Shown here one piece after another: positions 9,218-17,983 of a DNA stretch of 64,000 bases. Source of the DNA: Candidatus Lustribacter sp. (lineage in GTDB: Bacteria > Vulcanimicrobiota > Vulcanimicrobiia > Vulcanimicrobiales > Vulcanimicrobiaceae); NCBI GenBank assembly GCA_965277805.1, contig OZ255842.1:1-64000 (forward strand), given 5' to 3'. The notes beneath the pieces are model-generated. The model had not been told where the DNA came from, searched no databases, and saw only the letters and a list, made by a program, of their open reading frames with translations. Positions within the stretch are counted from its first letter, which is position 1. Each line of letters begins with the position of its first letter. The translations under genes were made by a program, and so were the position numbers.

Positions 9218-9977
9218 CGGCGACCTCTTCGCGAATGCTGTCGTAGCCCTCGCGTTCCACGCGCTCGGCCAAATCCGGTCCGCCGGTCTTCACGATGCGG
9301 CCGTCCATCATGATGTGGACGACGTCGGCCGGCACGTGGCGCAGGATGCGCGGGTAGTGCGTGATGATCAGAAAGCCCGTGTCTTTGCCGTCGTCGGTGG
9401 CGCGCATCGCTTCGATCGACTTGCCGACCGATTGCAATGCGTCGACGTCGAGGCCGGAGTCGGTCTCATCGAGCACCGCGTACTTCGGTGCGAGGATCGC
9501 GAGCTGGAGCATCTCGAGGCGCTTTTTTTCGCCGCCCGAGAAACCGTCGTTGACGTAGCGCGAGAGAAAGGCCGGGTCCATGTCGAGGACGCCGAGCTTT
9601 TCATAGATCATCGCGCGAAACTTGGCCGGCGGCAGATCGTCGGGCTTGACGGCCATGCGTGCAGTGCGGATGAAGTTCGCGACCGACACGCCCGGGATCG
9701 CCGCCGGATACTGAAAGGAGAGGAACAGGCCGGCCTTCGCGCGCTTGTCGGGCGAGAGCTCGAGCAAGCTCGTGCCGTCGAGCATGACGCTGCCGCTCTG
9801 GACTTCGTAATTCGGGTGGCCGCTCATCGCGAAAGCAAGGGTGGACTTGCCGCTGCCGTTGGGGCCCATCAGGGCATGAACCTTGCCGGGCTCGACCGTG
9901 AGGTCGATCCCCTTCAGAATCTCTTTGCTATCGACGCTGGCGCGCAGGCCGGAAATGACAAGTCCGCGTTTACTCAC
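9204..9977 (-). CDS. sufC: Fe-S cluster assembly ATPase SufC
   Basis: GPNGSGKST, FQYP, GFSGGEKKR, LDETDSGLD, ITHY; likely GTG start at 9977. Confidence 0.95.
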   Translation of the reverse strand: MSKRGLVISGLRASVDSKEILKGIDLTVEPGKVHALMGPNGSGKSTLAFAMSGHPNYEVQSGSVMLDGTSLLELSPDKRAKAGLFLSFQYPAAIPGVSVANFIRTARMAVKPDDLPPAKFRAMIYEKLGVLDMDPAFLSRYVNDGFSGGEKKRLEMLQLAILAPKYAVLDETDSGLDVDALQSVGKSIEAMRATDDGKDTGFLIITHYPRILRHVPADVVHIMMDGRIVKTGGPDLAERVEREGYDSIREEVAGGVA

Positions 9978-9984
9978 GCCCCCG

Positions 9985-10050
9985 ATAGTACGGTTTGGGC
10001 GGAAGAAAGTCAAGGAAACTCTGGACTATCTTCGCGTCCTATGATACCTT
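9985..10050. promoter_or_regulatory. back-to-back sigma70-like promoters for sufC (-) and the sufR-like gene (+), both probably leaderless
   Basis: Minus strand: TTGACT (10013-10008)-N17-TACTAT (9990-9985)-N7-GTG. Plus strand: TGGACT (10022-10027)-N17-TACCTT (10045-10050)-N7-ATG 10058. Confidence 0.6.
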
Positions 10051-10057
10051 TAGGTCG

Positions 10058-10702
10058 ATGCACGACCGGTTTTTCGACTCTACCCGGGGGAAGATCGTCG
10101 GCGCGCTGCGGAGCCGTGGCGCGGCCTCGGCGTTTGATCTCGCGGCCGAGTTCGCGCTCTCGCCCAACGCGATCCGCCAGCAACTGGTCATCCTCGAGCG
10201 CGACGGTCTGGTTGCCGGCAAGAGTGTCCGGCGCGGCAAGACCAAGCCGACGCACGAGTACTCGCTTACCCCGCAAGCCGACCGCTACTTCCCGCAGGCC
10301 TACGACCGGATGCTGGGCGCCGTGCTGCGCGAAGTGCGCCTCTCGGGCGGCGACGCCGGCGTGGCCCGGATCTTCGACGGCATTGCCAAGAGGGCGGTCG
10401 ACAAGATGACCCCGGCCCTCGAAGGCAAGTCGACGCTCGAACGCTTCGAGGCAATTGCCGAGGGTATTCGCGGGTCGGGCGTGGCGGTCGAGGTCGAGGA
10501 ACACGACGGCACGATCGTGCTGCGCGAGCACAACTGCCCCTATGCCAATGTGGTCTCCGAACACCCCGAATGCTGCACCGTGATCCATACGATGCTCGAC
10601 GAGGTCATCTCGCCCGAGGTCAAGCAAACCGAGTCGCTCGCAACCGGCGGCGCGGAATGCCGGTTCGAAGTCGCAGCGGCCCCCGCTCAGAGCCAACGTT
10701 AG
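10058..10702 (+). CDS. sufR: SufR-like ArsR/HTH transcriptional regulator with C-terminal Cys cluster
   Basis: N-terminal wHTH (AIRQQLVILERDGLV); C-terminal HNCPY..ECC..ECRF; divergent from sufC. Confidence 0.75.
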   Translation: MHDRFFDSTRGKIVGALRSRGAASAFDLAAEFALSPNAIRQQLVILERDGLVAGKSVRRGKTKPTHEYSLTPQADRYFPQAYDRMLGAVLREVRLSGGDAGVARIFDGIAKRAVDKMTPALEGKSTLERFEAIAEGIRGSGVAVEVEEHDGTIVLREHNCPYANVVSEHPECCTVIHTMLDEVISPEVKQTESLATGGAECRFEVAAAPAQSQR

Positions 10703-10708
10703 GATATC

Positions 10709-11245
10709 GTGGATTTTCAGAAGTTTCAGCAATTGGTCGAACATCGGACGGGTTTCCGCACGATGGAAGATGCGATGGCTTCCGGCGAGTATTTCAGCGA
10801 CTCGTGCGGCGACATGTACACGTATTATCTGAAGGTCGGCCCCGGCGACGTGATCGAGGACATCTCGTATTTCACGACCGGCTGCGGTTTCGGCACGGCG
10901 ACGTGTTCGCTCTTGGTCGAACTCGCGCGCGGCAAGACGATCGATGAAGCGTTGGCGATCACCGACGCCGACATCGAGGCCGCCCTCGGCGGATATCCCG
11001 AGAAGAAGAAAGACTACCCCGAACGTTCGCGCATCGCGCTGCAGACCGCGATTGAAGACTACCGCAAGAAGCGCGCCGCCGGCGTGATCACCGACGCGAT
11101 GCTCGATCAAGCACGCGCCTCGGCCGCAGTGGCCTCGCTCGCGACGCAAAACGGCAACGGCAAAACGTCGCAAGACGAAAACGAAACCGCCGGCCCGCGC
11201 ATCATCGGCAACGACGGCGGCAAACTGACCATCTCGCTGCGCTAA
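10709..11245 (+). CDS. IscU/NifU N-terminal-like scaffold protein (atypical)
   Basis: SCGDM and GCGFGTATC motifs, GKTIDEA; downstream of the sufR-like gene. Confidence 0.75.
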   Translation: MDFQKFQQLVEHRTGFRTMEDAMASGEYFSDSCGDMYTYYLKVGPGDVIEDISYFTTGCGFGTATCSLLVELARGKTIDEALAITDADIEAALGGYPEKKKDYPERSRIALQTAIEDYRKKRAAGVITDAMLDQARASAAVASLATQNGNGKTSQDENETAGPRIIGNDGGKLTISLR

Positions 11246-11257
11246 CGGCAGCGCGCC

Positions 11258-12148
11258 GTGGAGTTGCGCCAACTACGCTACTTCGCGACGCTGGCGGATG
11301 AACTGCATTTCCGGCGCGCAGCCGAAGTGCTGGCGATCGCTCAGCCGACGCTGAGCCAGCAGATCGCGGCGCTGGAAGACGAACTCGGCGTGCGCCTCTT
11401 CGAGCGTACCAAACGCAGCGTGCGGCTGAGCGATGCGGGCAACGTGTTTCTCGGCGAAGTGCGCGGCATTCTCGAGCAGGTCGACACCGCCGCCGATCAC
11501 GTGCGCGAAGCGGAATCCGGCCGCCGCGGCGTGCTGGAGATCGGCACGTCAGGTCCGCCGATGAACAGCAATCTGCCGCGCGTGGTGCGCGCGTTTCGTG
11601 CCGCGAATCCGGAGATCGCGCTCACCGTGCGGATCATGCACAGCAGCGATGTGCTCGAAGAGCTCAAACTGCGCCGCATTCACATCGGCTTCGGCCGCGC
11701 CGGCATGGAGGCCGACGGCATCACCTCGCTGAGGCTGTGGGAATTTCCATACTATGCCGTGCTGCCGCTCGATCATCGCGAAGCGCGGCGCCGCGCCGTC
11801 CGGCTCGAGCGCCTGAGCGGCGAAGCACTGATCACTTATCCGCGCACGCTGATCGGCGAATCGTACGACGAGATGATCGCATTCTGTCACGCCCAGGACT
11901 TCGTCCCGAAGTCCGTCATCGAGGTCGACGACGTCAATTCCGTCGTTGGGCTCGTCGCCTGCGGGCTCGGCGTCTCGATTCTTCCGCACACCGGAACGCT
12001 GCAGGCGACCGATGCCGTGATGCGGCCGATCGCGGCCTCGAGCGAGTGGACGTTCGGCATCGCCGCCTACTGGCGGGCCGGCGCCCAGGTGCCCCTGGTG
12101 ACGCGCATGCTCGAATCCGCACGAGCGACTGATAGCCTGAGGCTATGA
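11258..12148 (+). CDS. LysR family transcriptional regulator (HcaR/BenM-like)
   Basis: MELRQLRYF..LHFRRAAEVL..QPTLSQQI..LFER N-terminal HTH; LVACGLGVSILP. Confidence 0.92.
   Translation: MELRQLRYFATLADELHFRRAAEVLAIAQPTLSQQIAALEDELGVRLFERTKRSVRLSDAGNVFLGEVRGILEQVDTAADHVREAESGRRGVLEIGTSGPPMNSNLPRVVRAFRAANPEIALTVRIMHSSDVLEELKLRRIHIGFGRAGMEADGITSLRLWEFPYYAVLPLDHREARRRAVRLERLSGEALITYPRTLIGESYDEMIAFCHAQDFVPKSVIEVDDVNSVVGLVACGLGVSILPHTGTLQATDAVMRPIAASSEWTFGIAAYWRAGAQVPLVTRMLESARATDSLRL
12132..12146. promoter_or_regulatory. putative LysR recognition site (T-N11-A palindrome) for the downstream oxygenase operon
   Basis: Perfect dyad ATAGCCT-G-AGGCTAT, followed by an AT-rich tract and a TGGACG..CATACT promoter-like pair. 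Confidence 0.55.
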
Positions 12149-12167
12149 AAAACGTGAGAAAATAGTA

Positions 12168-13268
12168 TTGGACGAATCGGCCGCCGGTAAGGCATACTCG
12201 GTGGCAGTGGAGTTCGAGCGCCAGGTTACCGGTGCCCGAGCGGGCGCAACGCGTTTCCCGCTCTACGACCATGCCGTTCGCGGGATCGCGAACTACTGGT
12301 ACCCGGTGATGATGAGCCGGGATCTGCGCGAGAAGCGGCCCAAAGGGCTGAAGCTCTTCGGCGATCCGATCATGTTCTTCCGCGAGAGCGGCACCGTGTA
12401 CGCGCTCGGCGATCGCTGTCCGCATCGCGGCGTGCCGATCTCGCTTGGCCGTCAGGAGTTTTGCGGCACGTTCAGCTGCCGCTATCACGGCTGGACGTTC
12501 GACTTGAAGAGCGGCGCGCTCGTCGCCGCGCTCACCGACGGCCCGGATTCGGCGATCGTCGGCAAGGCGCGCGTGCCGACGTATACGGTGGCGGAACGTG
12601 CCGGCATCATCTGGCTCTTTCACGGCACCGGCACGCCGCCGCCCGTCGAAGCGCACATCCCGCCCGAACTATTGGCATCCGATGCCGTCATCGAAGCGCG
12701 CATCACGACGCGTCCGGGTGACTGGCGTTACGCGGCCGAAAACGGATTCGATGAGAGCCACGGCAAGTATCTGCACCGCGACTCGCTGATGATGTTCTTC
12801 AGCCATCCGCCGGGCTACGTGCGCACGGAGATCGCTCCCGACGACTGGCATTGGATCACGCGCAAGACGACGCAAGCCGTGCCGTTCTCCGACTACCCGG
12901 CGCTCGGTTCGTGGCCCAAGCGGCGGTTCTGGAAGATCGCGCGCTCGATCGTGCGCGTGTCGATCGCGCTGCCCGGCGTGCTGCGCGTGCACTACGGCAA
13001 ATGGATCCACTTCGAATGGTACTTGCCGACCGAAGACGGTGAGCATCGCTACGTGCAGTTCGTCGTCAAGCATACCGCCGGCATCGGCGCGCTGCTCTTC
13101 CGGTTGCGTTATTGGCTTTTGCTGCGCTGGGTGTTTCACGTGCAGTTCAACGATCAGGACGCCAGTATGGTCGAGCTGATGCAAACGCCGCCCGAACAGC
13201 TCTTCGGGCCGGATCATTCCCTCATCGCGTGGCGCGCGCTGTGCGAGAACGCGTTGCAAGAAACGTGA
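12168..13268 (+). CDS. Rieske non-heme iron oxygenase, CarAa/OxoO-like (true start possibly GTG 12201 or 12207)
   Basis: NYWYPV; Rieske CPH..CRYHG; mononuclear Fe site WRYAAENGFDESHGKYLH; C-terminal FNDQD, recalling carbazole 1,9a-dioxygenase. Confidence 0.85.
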   Translation: MDESAAGKAYSVAVEFERQVTGARAGATRFPLYDHAVRGIANYWYPVMMSRDLREKRPKGLKLFGDPIMFFRESGTVYALGDRCPHRGVPISLGRQEFCGTFSCRYHGWTFDLKSGALVAALTDGPDSAIVGKARVPTYTVAERAGIIWLFHGTGTPPPVEAHIPPELLASDAVIEARITTRPGDWRYAAENGFDESHGKYLHRDSLMMFFSHPPGYVRTEIAPDDWHWITRKTTQAVPFSDYPALGSWPKRRFWKIARSIVRVSIALPGVLRVHYGKWIHFEWYLPTEDGEHRYVQFVVKHTAGIGALLFRLRYWLLLRWVFHVQFNDQDASMVELMQTPPEQLFGPDHSLIAWRALCENALQET

Positions 13269-14596
13269 TGGACTTCAGCAACGAACAGGAGCGGAGCTTC
13301 GCGCGCGCGTGCGAGCACCTCCATATAGAAGAACTGCGCGATCGCACAGCCGATGTTGTCGGCATCTCGAGCGCGGTCGGCGAGGAGGCGCTGCTCGCCA
13401 GCTACTTCGTCGATTTCCTGGCCGCCGAAGGGCTCGAGTCGTCGTTTCAAAAGTTCGGGCCGGCGCGCGGCAATGCGGTCGCGCGGCACCGCGGCAACGG
13501 CACGGGTGCCGAGCTGTTGCTCTACGCGCCGATCGACATGCACATCGCCGGACGCACCGCAAAGGACGGGCCTTGGCTGCGCCTCGACGGCCGTCCCGAT
13601 TTACATCCGGAAGCGTTCGTTGACGGTGACTACATCATCGGTCTCGGGGCGGAGAACCCGAAAGGTCACGCGGTGTGCGTAGCGCTGGCTGCCGCCGCCC
13701 TGGCGCGCGCGAAGGTGCCGATGCGCGGCGACGTGATCGCCGGACTCGGCGGTGGCGGCATGCCGCAAAATGCGACCGCGCAAAATCCCGACGCGGGGCA
13801 CGGTGCCGGCGCCGCGTACATGCTCGAGCACGGCGTGAAACCGGACTTTGCCGTCATCGCCAAACCCGGCGGCGCCGTCGCGTATGAAGAAGTCGGGTTG
13901 TGCTGGTTCAAGATCAGCGTGCACGGCAGCTTCAGCTACGCCGGCATTCCGCACCGCGAGCCGCACCGCAACGCGGTCGTCGACGCGGCGACCGTCGTGA
14001 CGCGCTTGAACGCGTGGTTTCCGGAATACACGGTGCGCAACACGTCGGGGCTCGTCGCGCCGCTGGGAACGGTGAGCGCGATCGCCGGCGGCTGGCCCGA
14101 AAAGCCGGCGTTCTTGCCCGATCGCTGCGACATCTACGTCGACTTGCGCATCAGCCCGCGCACGACGACGGCAGATGCAGCGCGGCAGTTCGGCGATGCA
14201 CTCGATGCGATTCGCGCGGCCGAGCCCGGCATCACGCTCGACTGCGAAATGATCGCGGCGATTCCCGGAACGTCGACGCCGCCGGAGAATTGGATCATCC
14301 GCTCGAGCGTGCGCGCGTGGGAAGCGGCATACGGGCGCGAGCACGTGCTGCGCACCGGCACGAGCGGTGCGACCGACGCCAACATTTTGCGCGGCCACGG
14401 CATCCCGACCGCGCGTGTGGGGATGCCCGTGCTCGGTGCTGCTGCGCCGTTCGCCGGCCGCTTCTCCATGGGCGTCGTCAGCGCCGCCGCAATGCTCACC
14501 CTCACCAAAGCGCTCATCGCCATCGCTATCGACACCTGCACGCGTAGCCGCGACGACGTCGGTCTCGCGCCTCGAAAGGAATACAGTCCATCATGA
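13268..14596 (+). CDS. M20 peptidase/deacylase-fold protein with degenerate metal-binding motifs
   Basis: ATG at 13268; M20 layout (GNAVA..G.G, dimerisation domain HRNAV..PDRC..VDLR, GATDA) but altered ligand motifs. Confidence 0.75.
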   Translation: MDFSNEQERSFARACEHLHIEELRDRTADVVGISSAVGEEALLASYFVDFLAAEGLESSFQKFGPARGNAVARHRGNGTGAELLLYAPIDMHIAGRTAKDGPWLRLDGRPDLHPEAFVDGDYIIGLGAENPKGHAVCVALAAAALARAKVPMRGDVIAGLGGGGMPQNATAQNPDAGHGAGAAYMLEHGVKPDFAVIAKPGGAVAYEEVGLCWFKISVHGSFSYAGIPHREPHRNAVVDAATVVTRLNAWFPEYTVRNTSGLVAPLGTVSAIAGGWPEKPAFLPDRCDIYVDLRISPRTTTADAARQFGDALDAIRAAEPGITLDCEMIAAIPGTSTPPENWIIRSSVRAWEAAYGREHVLRTGTSGATDANILRGHGIPTARVGMPVLGAAAPFAGRFSMGVVSAAAMLTLTKALIAIAIDTCTRSRDDVGLAPRKEYSPS

Positions 14597-15429
14597 CCGT
14601 GATCACGGAAGCCTCGACCAGCAAGTACGCCATGGCAGGCGACGTGCAGATCCATTACAACGAGATCGGTACGGGCCCCGCGATCATTTGCCTGAACGGT
14701 GCCGGGCCCGGTGCGAGCAGTTGGAGTAACTTCCAGCACAACGTCGAGGCGTTTTCGCAAAATCATCGGGTGCTGCTGGTCGATATGCCGCAGTACGGCA
14801 AGTCGGCCAAGATCCCGATCGAGTTCCCGAAGTTGACGAATCTCGCGCGCATCATCCGCGACTTCATGGACGCGATCAACTTGGATAAAGCCCACTTCGT
14901 CGGCAACTCGTTCGGCGGACAAGCGGCACTTAAGACGGCGATCGATTATCCCGACCGCGTCGGTCATCTCGTGATGATCGGCAGCGCGCCCGTCGGTTTT
15001 AGCCTGTTCAGCCCGCAGCCGGTCGAGGGCGTCAAACTGATCGGCAGCTATTATAAGGGCGAGGGTCCGTCGCTCGAGAAGATGCGCACCGTGCTGAAGA
15101 CGCTCGTGTTCGACGGCAGCCGGATCACCGATGACGTCGTGCAGGCGCGTTACGAAGCGAGCATCGATCCGGAAGCCGTGCGCGTGCACTCGTTGCCGGC
15201 GCCGAAGAAACAAGATCTCACGGCCGAACTCCCGCTGGTCAAATCGCCGACGCTCGTCGTGTGGGGCATGGACGACCGCGCCGGCGCGCTCGACATCGGC
15301 CTGATCATGACGCGCTTGATCCCGAACGCGCAGATGCACATCTTCAACAACTGCGGACACTGGGCACAGGTCGAGCACGCGGCGGAATTCAGTCAGCTCG
15401 TACTCGGATTCTTCAGCACGACGACGTAA
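14593..15429 (+). CDS. meta-cleavage product (C-C) hydrolase, HsaD/BphD/CarC-like alpha/beta hydrolase
   Basis: G.GPGASSWSNF, GNSFGG nucleophile elbow, WG.DDR, CGHWAQVEH. Confidence 0.88.
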   Translation: MTVITEASTSKYAMAGDVQIHYNEIGTGPAIICLNGAGPGASSWSNFQHNVEAFSQNHRVLLVDMPQYGKSAKIPIEFPKLTNLARIIRDFMDAINLDKAHFVGNSFGGQAALKTAIDYPDRVGHLVMIGSAPVGFSLFSPQPVEGVKLIGSYYKGEGPSLEKMRTVLKTLVFDGSRITDDVVQARYEASIDPEAVRVHSLPAPKKQDLTAELPLVKSPTLVVWGMDDRAGALDIGLIMTRLIPNAQMHIFNNCGHWAQVEHAAEFSQLVLGFFSTTT

Positions 15430-15439
15430 GGGGGATCGA

Positions 15440-16324
15440 ATGGATATCGTTGGAGCGTACGCCTGCTCGCACGCAGGCCTGCTGATCTCGCGCAGCAACG
15501 AGGCGCCGGCGGCTCAACGCGACGCGATCTACGCGGCGTTCGCGGAGATGGGGCGCGAAATTCGTGCCGCGAAGCCCGACGCGGTGGTGCTGATCGGCAC
15601 CGATCACGGCAAGATCTACCCGTACACGCACGTCGCGCAGTTTGCCATCGGCGTCAGCGAAACGGCCGAAGGCATCGGTGATGCCGACTTGCCGAAATGC
15701 ACGGTGCCGATCCACCAAGCGTTCGCGCAGGCGATTCTCAACGGGATGATCGAGGAAGGCGTCGACCTGAGTTACTCAGAGCAGTCGCGCATCGACCACT
15801 CGTTCGTGACGCCCTTGATGCTCGCGTTCGGCGATGACTTCCCAAGCATCGTGCCGATCGCGCAGAACTGCAACATGCCGCCGCTGCCGCCGCTGAAGCG
15901 CAGTTACGATGTCGGCGTGAAACTGCGCGCCGCGATTGAGGCCGGTCCGAGCGGACGGGTCGTGGTCGTCGGCACGGGCGGCCTCTCGCATTGGGTCGGC
16001 AACGCCGAGCAGCAGCAGTTCCGGCGCCGGCCGGCCGGCACGCGTCTCGGGGCGCGTTCGCCCGGCATGACGATCGATCCGACCGGGCCGATCAATGAGG
16101 CCTTCGATCGCGACTTCATTGCCGCGATCTGCGCCGGCAAGACGATGGCGTTTCTCCGCGAGTGGGGCGACGAACGTCTATACACCGATGCCGGCAACGG
16201 CGCCGCGGAGATACGGAATTGGATTACCCTCGCGGGAGTGACCAACGATCGCACGGCGCGCGTGCTTGCCTACGAAGCGGTGAGCGAATGGCTCACCGGC
16301 ACCGGCCTCGTCGCATTTTCATGA
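15440..16324 (+). CDS. extradiol ring-cleavage dioxygenase, class III (LigB/MhpB/CarBb-like)
   Basis: ACSH, TDH, IDHSF..P, GTGGLSH, GNGAAEIRNW motifs. Confidence 0.88.
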   Translation: MDIVGAYACSHAGLLISRSNEAPAAQRDAIYAAFAEMGREIRAAKPDAVVLIGTDHGKIYPYTHVAQFAIGVSETAEGIGDADLPKCTVPIHQAFAQAILNGMIEEGVDLSYSEQSRIDHSFVTPLMLAFGDDFPSIVPIAQNCNMPPLPPLKRSYDVGVKLRAAIEAGPSGRVVVVGTGGLSHWVGNAEQQQFRRRPAGTRLGARSPGMTIDPTGPINEAFDRDFIAAICAGKTMAFLREWGDERLYTDAGNGAAEIRNWITLAGVTNDRTARVLAYEAVSEWLTGTGLVAFS

Positions 16325-17262
16325 GGATCGCCGCAATCGCGTCGATCGTCCTGCTGGCTGCAGGCATCGGCGCCGCTTCGGCGCAGACCACGCCGGCGCT
16401 GACCACGGTGCGCGTGCTGGCGTCGCCGGTCGACGACGTGATGCCGGTGCTCTACGCGCAGCGCGCGGGGCTCTTTCGTCAGGCCGGACTCGACGTGCAA
16501 GTCGATCGCGCGAACAGCGGCGCCGCCGCCTCAGCCGCCGTCATGGGCGGCGCGGTCGAGATCGGCAAGGGCAACATCATGTCGGTAATCACCGCGCACG
16601 CGCACAACGTGCCGCTGGTCATCGTCGCGCCCGCCGCAATCTACGATCCAAAGACGCCCGACGCCGCGCTGGTCGTCGCGGCCGGCTCGCCCATTCATAA
16701 CGCGCACGACCTGATCGGCAAAGTCGTCGGCGTGACCGCGCTCAACGACCTCAGCGCCGTCGCGACGGAGACCTGGCTCGATCAGAACGGCGGCGACGCG
16801 AAGAGCACCCAGTTCATCGAGGTGCCGTACCCCTCGCTCTTGCCGCAGCTCCAAGCGGGCCGCGTTCAGGCGGTCATCCTGCTCAAGCCGTTCATCAACG
16901 ATGCGGTCAATCAGAAACAAGCCAGCGTGCTTGGCCTTGTGTACAGCGCGGTTTCGCCCCGCTTTCTCGAATCGGTCTGGTATGCGAACGCCGACTATAT
17001 TGCGAGCCACCGGGACGTGATCGCCAAGTTCCAGCGCGTGGTCGCGCAAGCGTCGGCGTACACAAACACGCATCCCGCCGACACCGTCGATCTGCTGGTG
17101 TCGTTCACCGGACTCGAGCCGCAGCGGGCCGCGCTCGTTGCGCGGATGGTGAACGGGACGGACGTGCGCGCGCAAGAGATCCAGCCCGTGATCGACATCG
17201 CGGCGAAGTTCAATCTGATTCCGAAATCGTTTTCCGCCCAAGAGATCATTCCGCCGAAATAA
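16321..17262 (+). CDS. ABC transporter substrate-binding protein, NMT1/SsuA family
   Basis: Signal peptide MRIAAIASIVLLAAG; YAQRAGLF..GLDV, DL.GK.VGV motifs. Confidence 0.85.
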   Translation: MRIAAIASIVLLAAGIGAASAQTTPALTTVRVLASPVDDVMPVLYAQRAGLFRQAGLDVQVDRANSGAAASAAVMGGAVEIGKGNIMSVITAHAHNVPLVIVAPAAIYDPKTPDAALVVAAGSPIHNAHDLIGKVVGVTALNDLSAVATETWLDQNGGDAKSTQFIEVPYPSLLPQLQAGRVQAVILLKPFINDAVNQKQASVLGLVYSAVSPRFLESVWYANADYIASHRDVIAKFQRVVAQASAYTNTHPADTVDLLVSFTGLEPQRAALVARMVNGTDVRAQEIQPVIDIAAKFNLIPKSFSAQEIIPPK

Positions 17263-17272
17263 GGAGATCGTC

Positions 17273-17983
17273 ATGCCCCGCGTTTGGGATTCGTTCATCA
17301 CCGCCCAGGACAAAGCGTCGCTCGGCGACCGCCCGCATCAAGTGTGGGGTTACGGCGAGCGGCCGGCGCTGCTGTGCGTCGATCTCTACCGCTGGGTGTT
17401 CGGCGATCGCCGTCAACCATTGCTCGAGGCGATGAAGACCTGGCCCGGCTCGTGCGGCGAGCCGGCTTGGGATGCGATCCCGCACGTGCAGCGATTGCTC
17501 GGTGCCGCGCGCGCTGCGCGAATTCCGGTCGTGCATGCAACCAAGATGTCGCCGTACACGTCGGGCATCGCGGCCTGGTCTGAAAAGCCGAGTGCGACTC
17601 GCCCTCCGGCGAAACCCGACGGCAACAAGTGGGATATCATCGACGAAGCGGCGCCGCTGCCCGGCGAAACGGTCATCTATAAAGCCGCGCCCAGCGCATT
17701 CTTCGGCACGCTGCTGATGGCGCAACTCAACGCGCTCGACGTGGACTCGCTGATCATCTGCGGTGAATCCACCAGCGGCTGCGTGCGCGCGACGGTCGTT
17801 GACGGGCGCAGCAACCGTTTCAAGATGACGGTCGTCGAAGAGGCCGTCTTCGACAGGCATCAGGCGACGCACGCGATCAACTTGTTTGACATGCACGAGA
17901 AGTATGCCGACGTGCTCGGCATCGACGAGGTCGTCGCCCACCTCAATGCGTTGCGCCCGGCGTCGGCCGCGGTGCCGGCCTGA
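17273..17983 (+). CDS. isochorismatase-family cysteine hydrolase (maleamate/N-carbamoylsarcosine amidase-like)
   Basis: RPALLCVD, K..PSAFFGT, GESTSGCVRATVVD, FDR...H..NLFDM..KYADV. Confidence 0.88.
   Translation: MPRVWDSFITAQDKASLGDRPHQVWGYGERPALLCVDLYRWVFGDRRQPLLEAMKTWPGSCGEPAWDAIPHVQRLLGAARAARIPVVHATKMSPYTSGIAAWSEKPSATRPPAKPDGNKWDIIDEAAPLPGETVIYKAAPSAFFGTLLMAQLNALDVDSLIICGESTSGCVRATVVDGRSNRFKMTVVEEAVFDRHQATHAINLFDMHEKYADVLGIDEVVAHLNALRPASAAVPA

Noticed and set aside
12168-16324. Naming the genes carAa/carC/carBb or hsaD/mhpB
   Set aside because: The motifs support families only; partner genes of those pathways are missing and the substrate cannot be determined from sequence.
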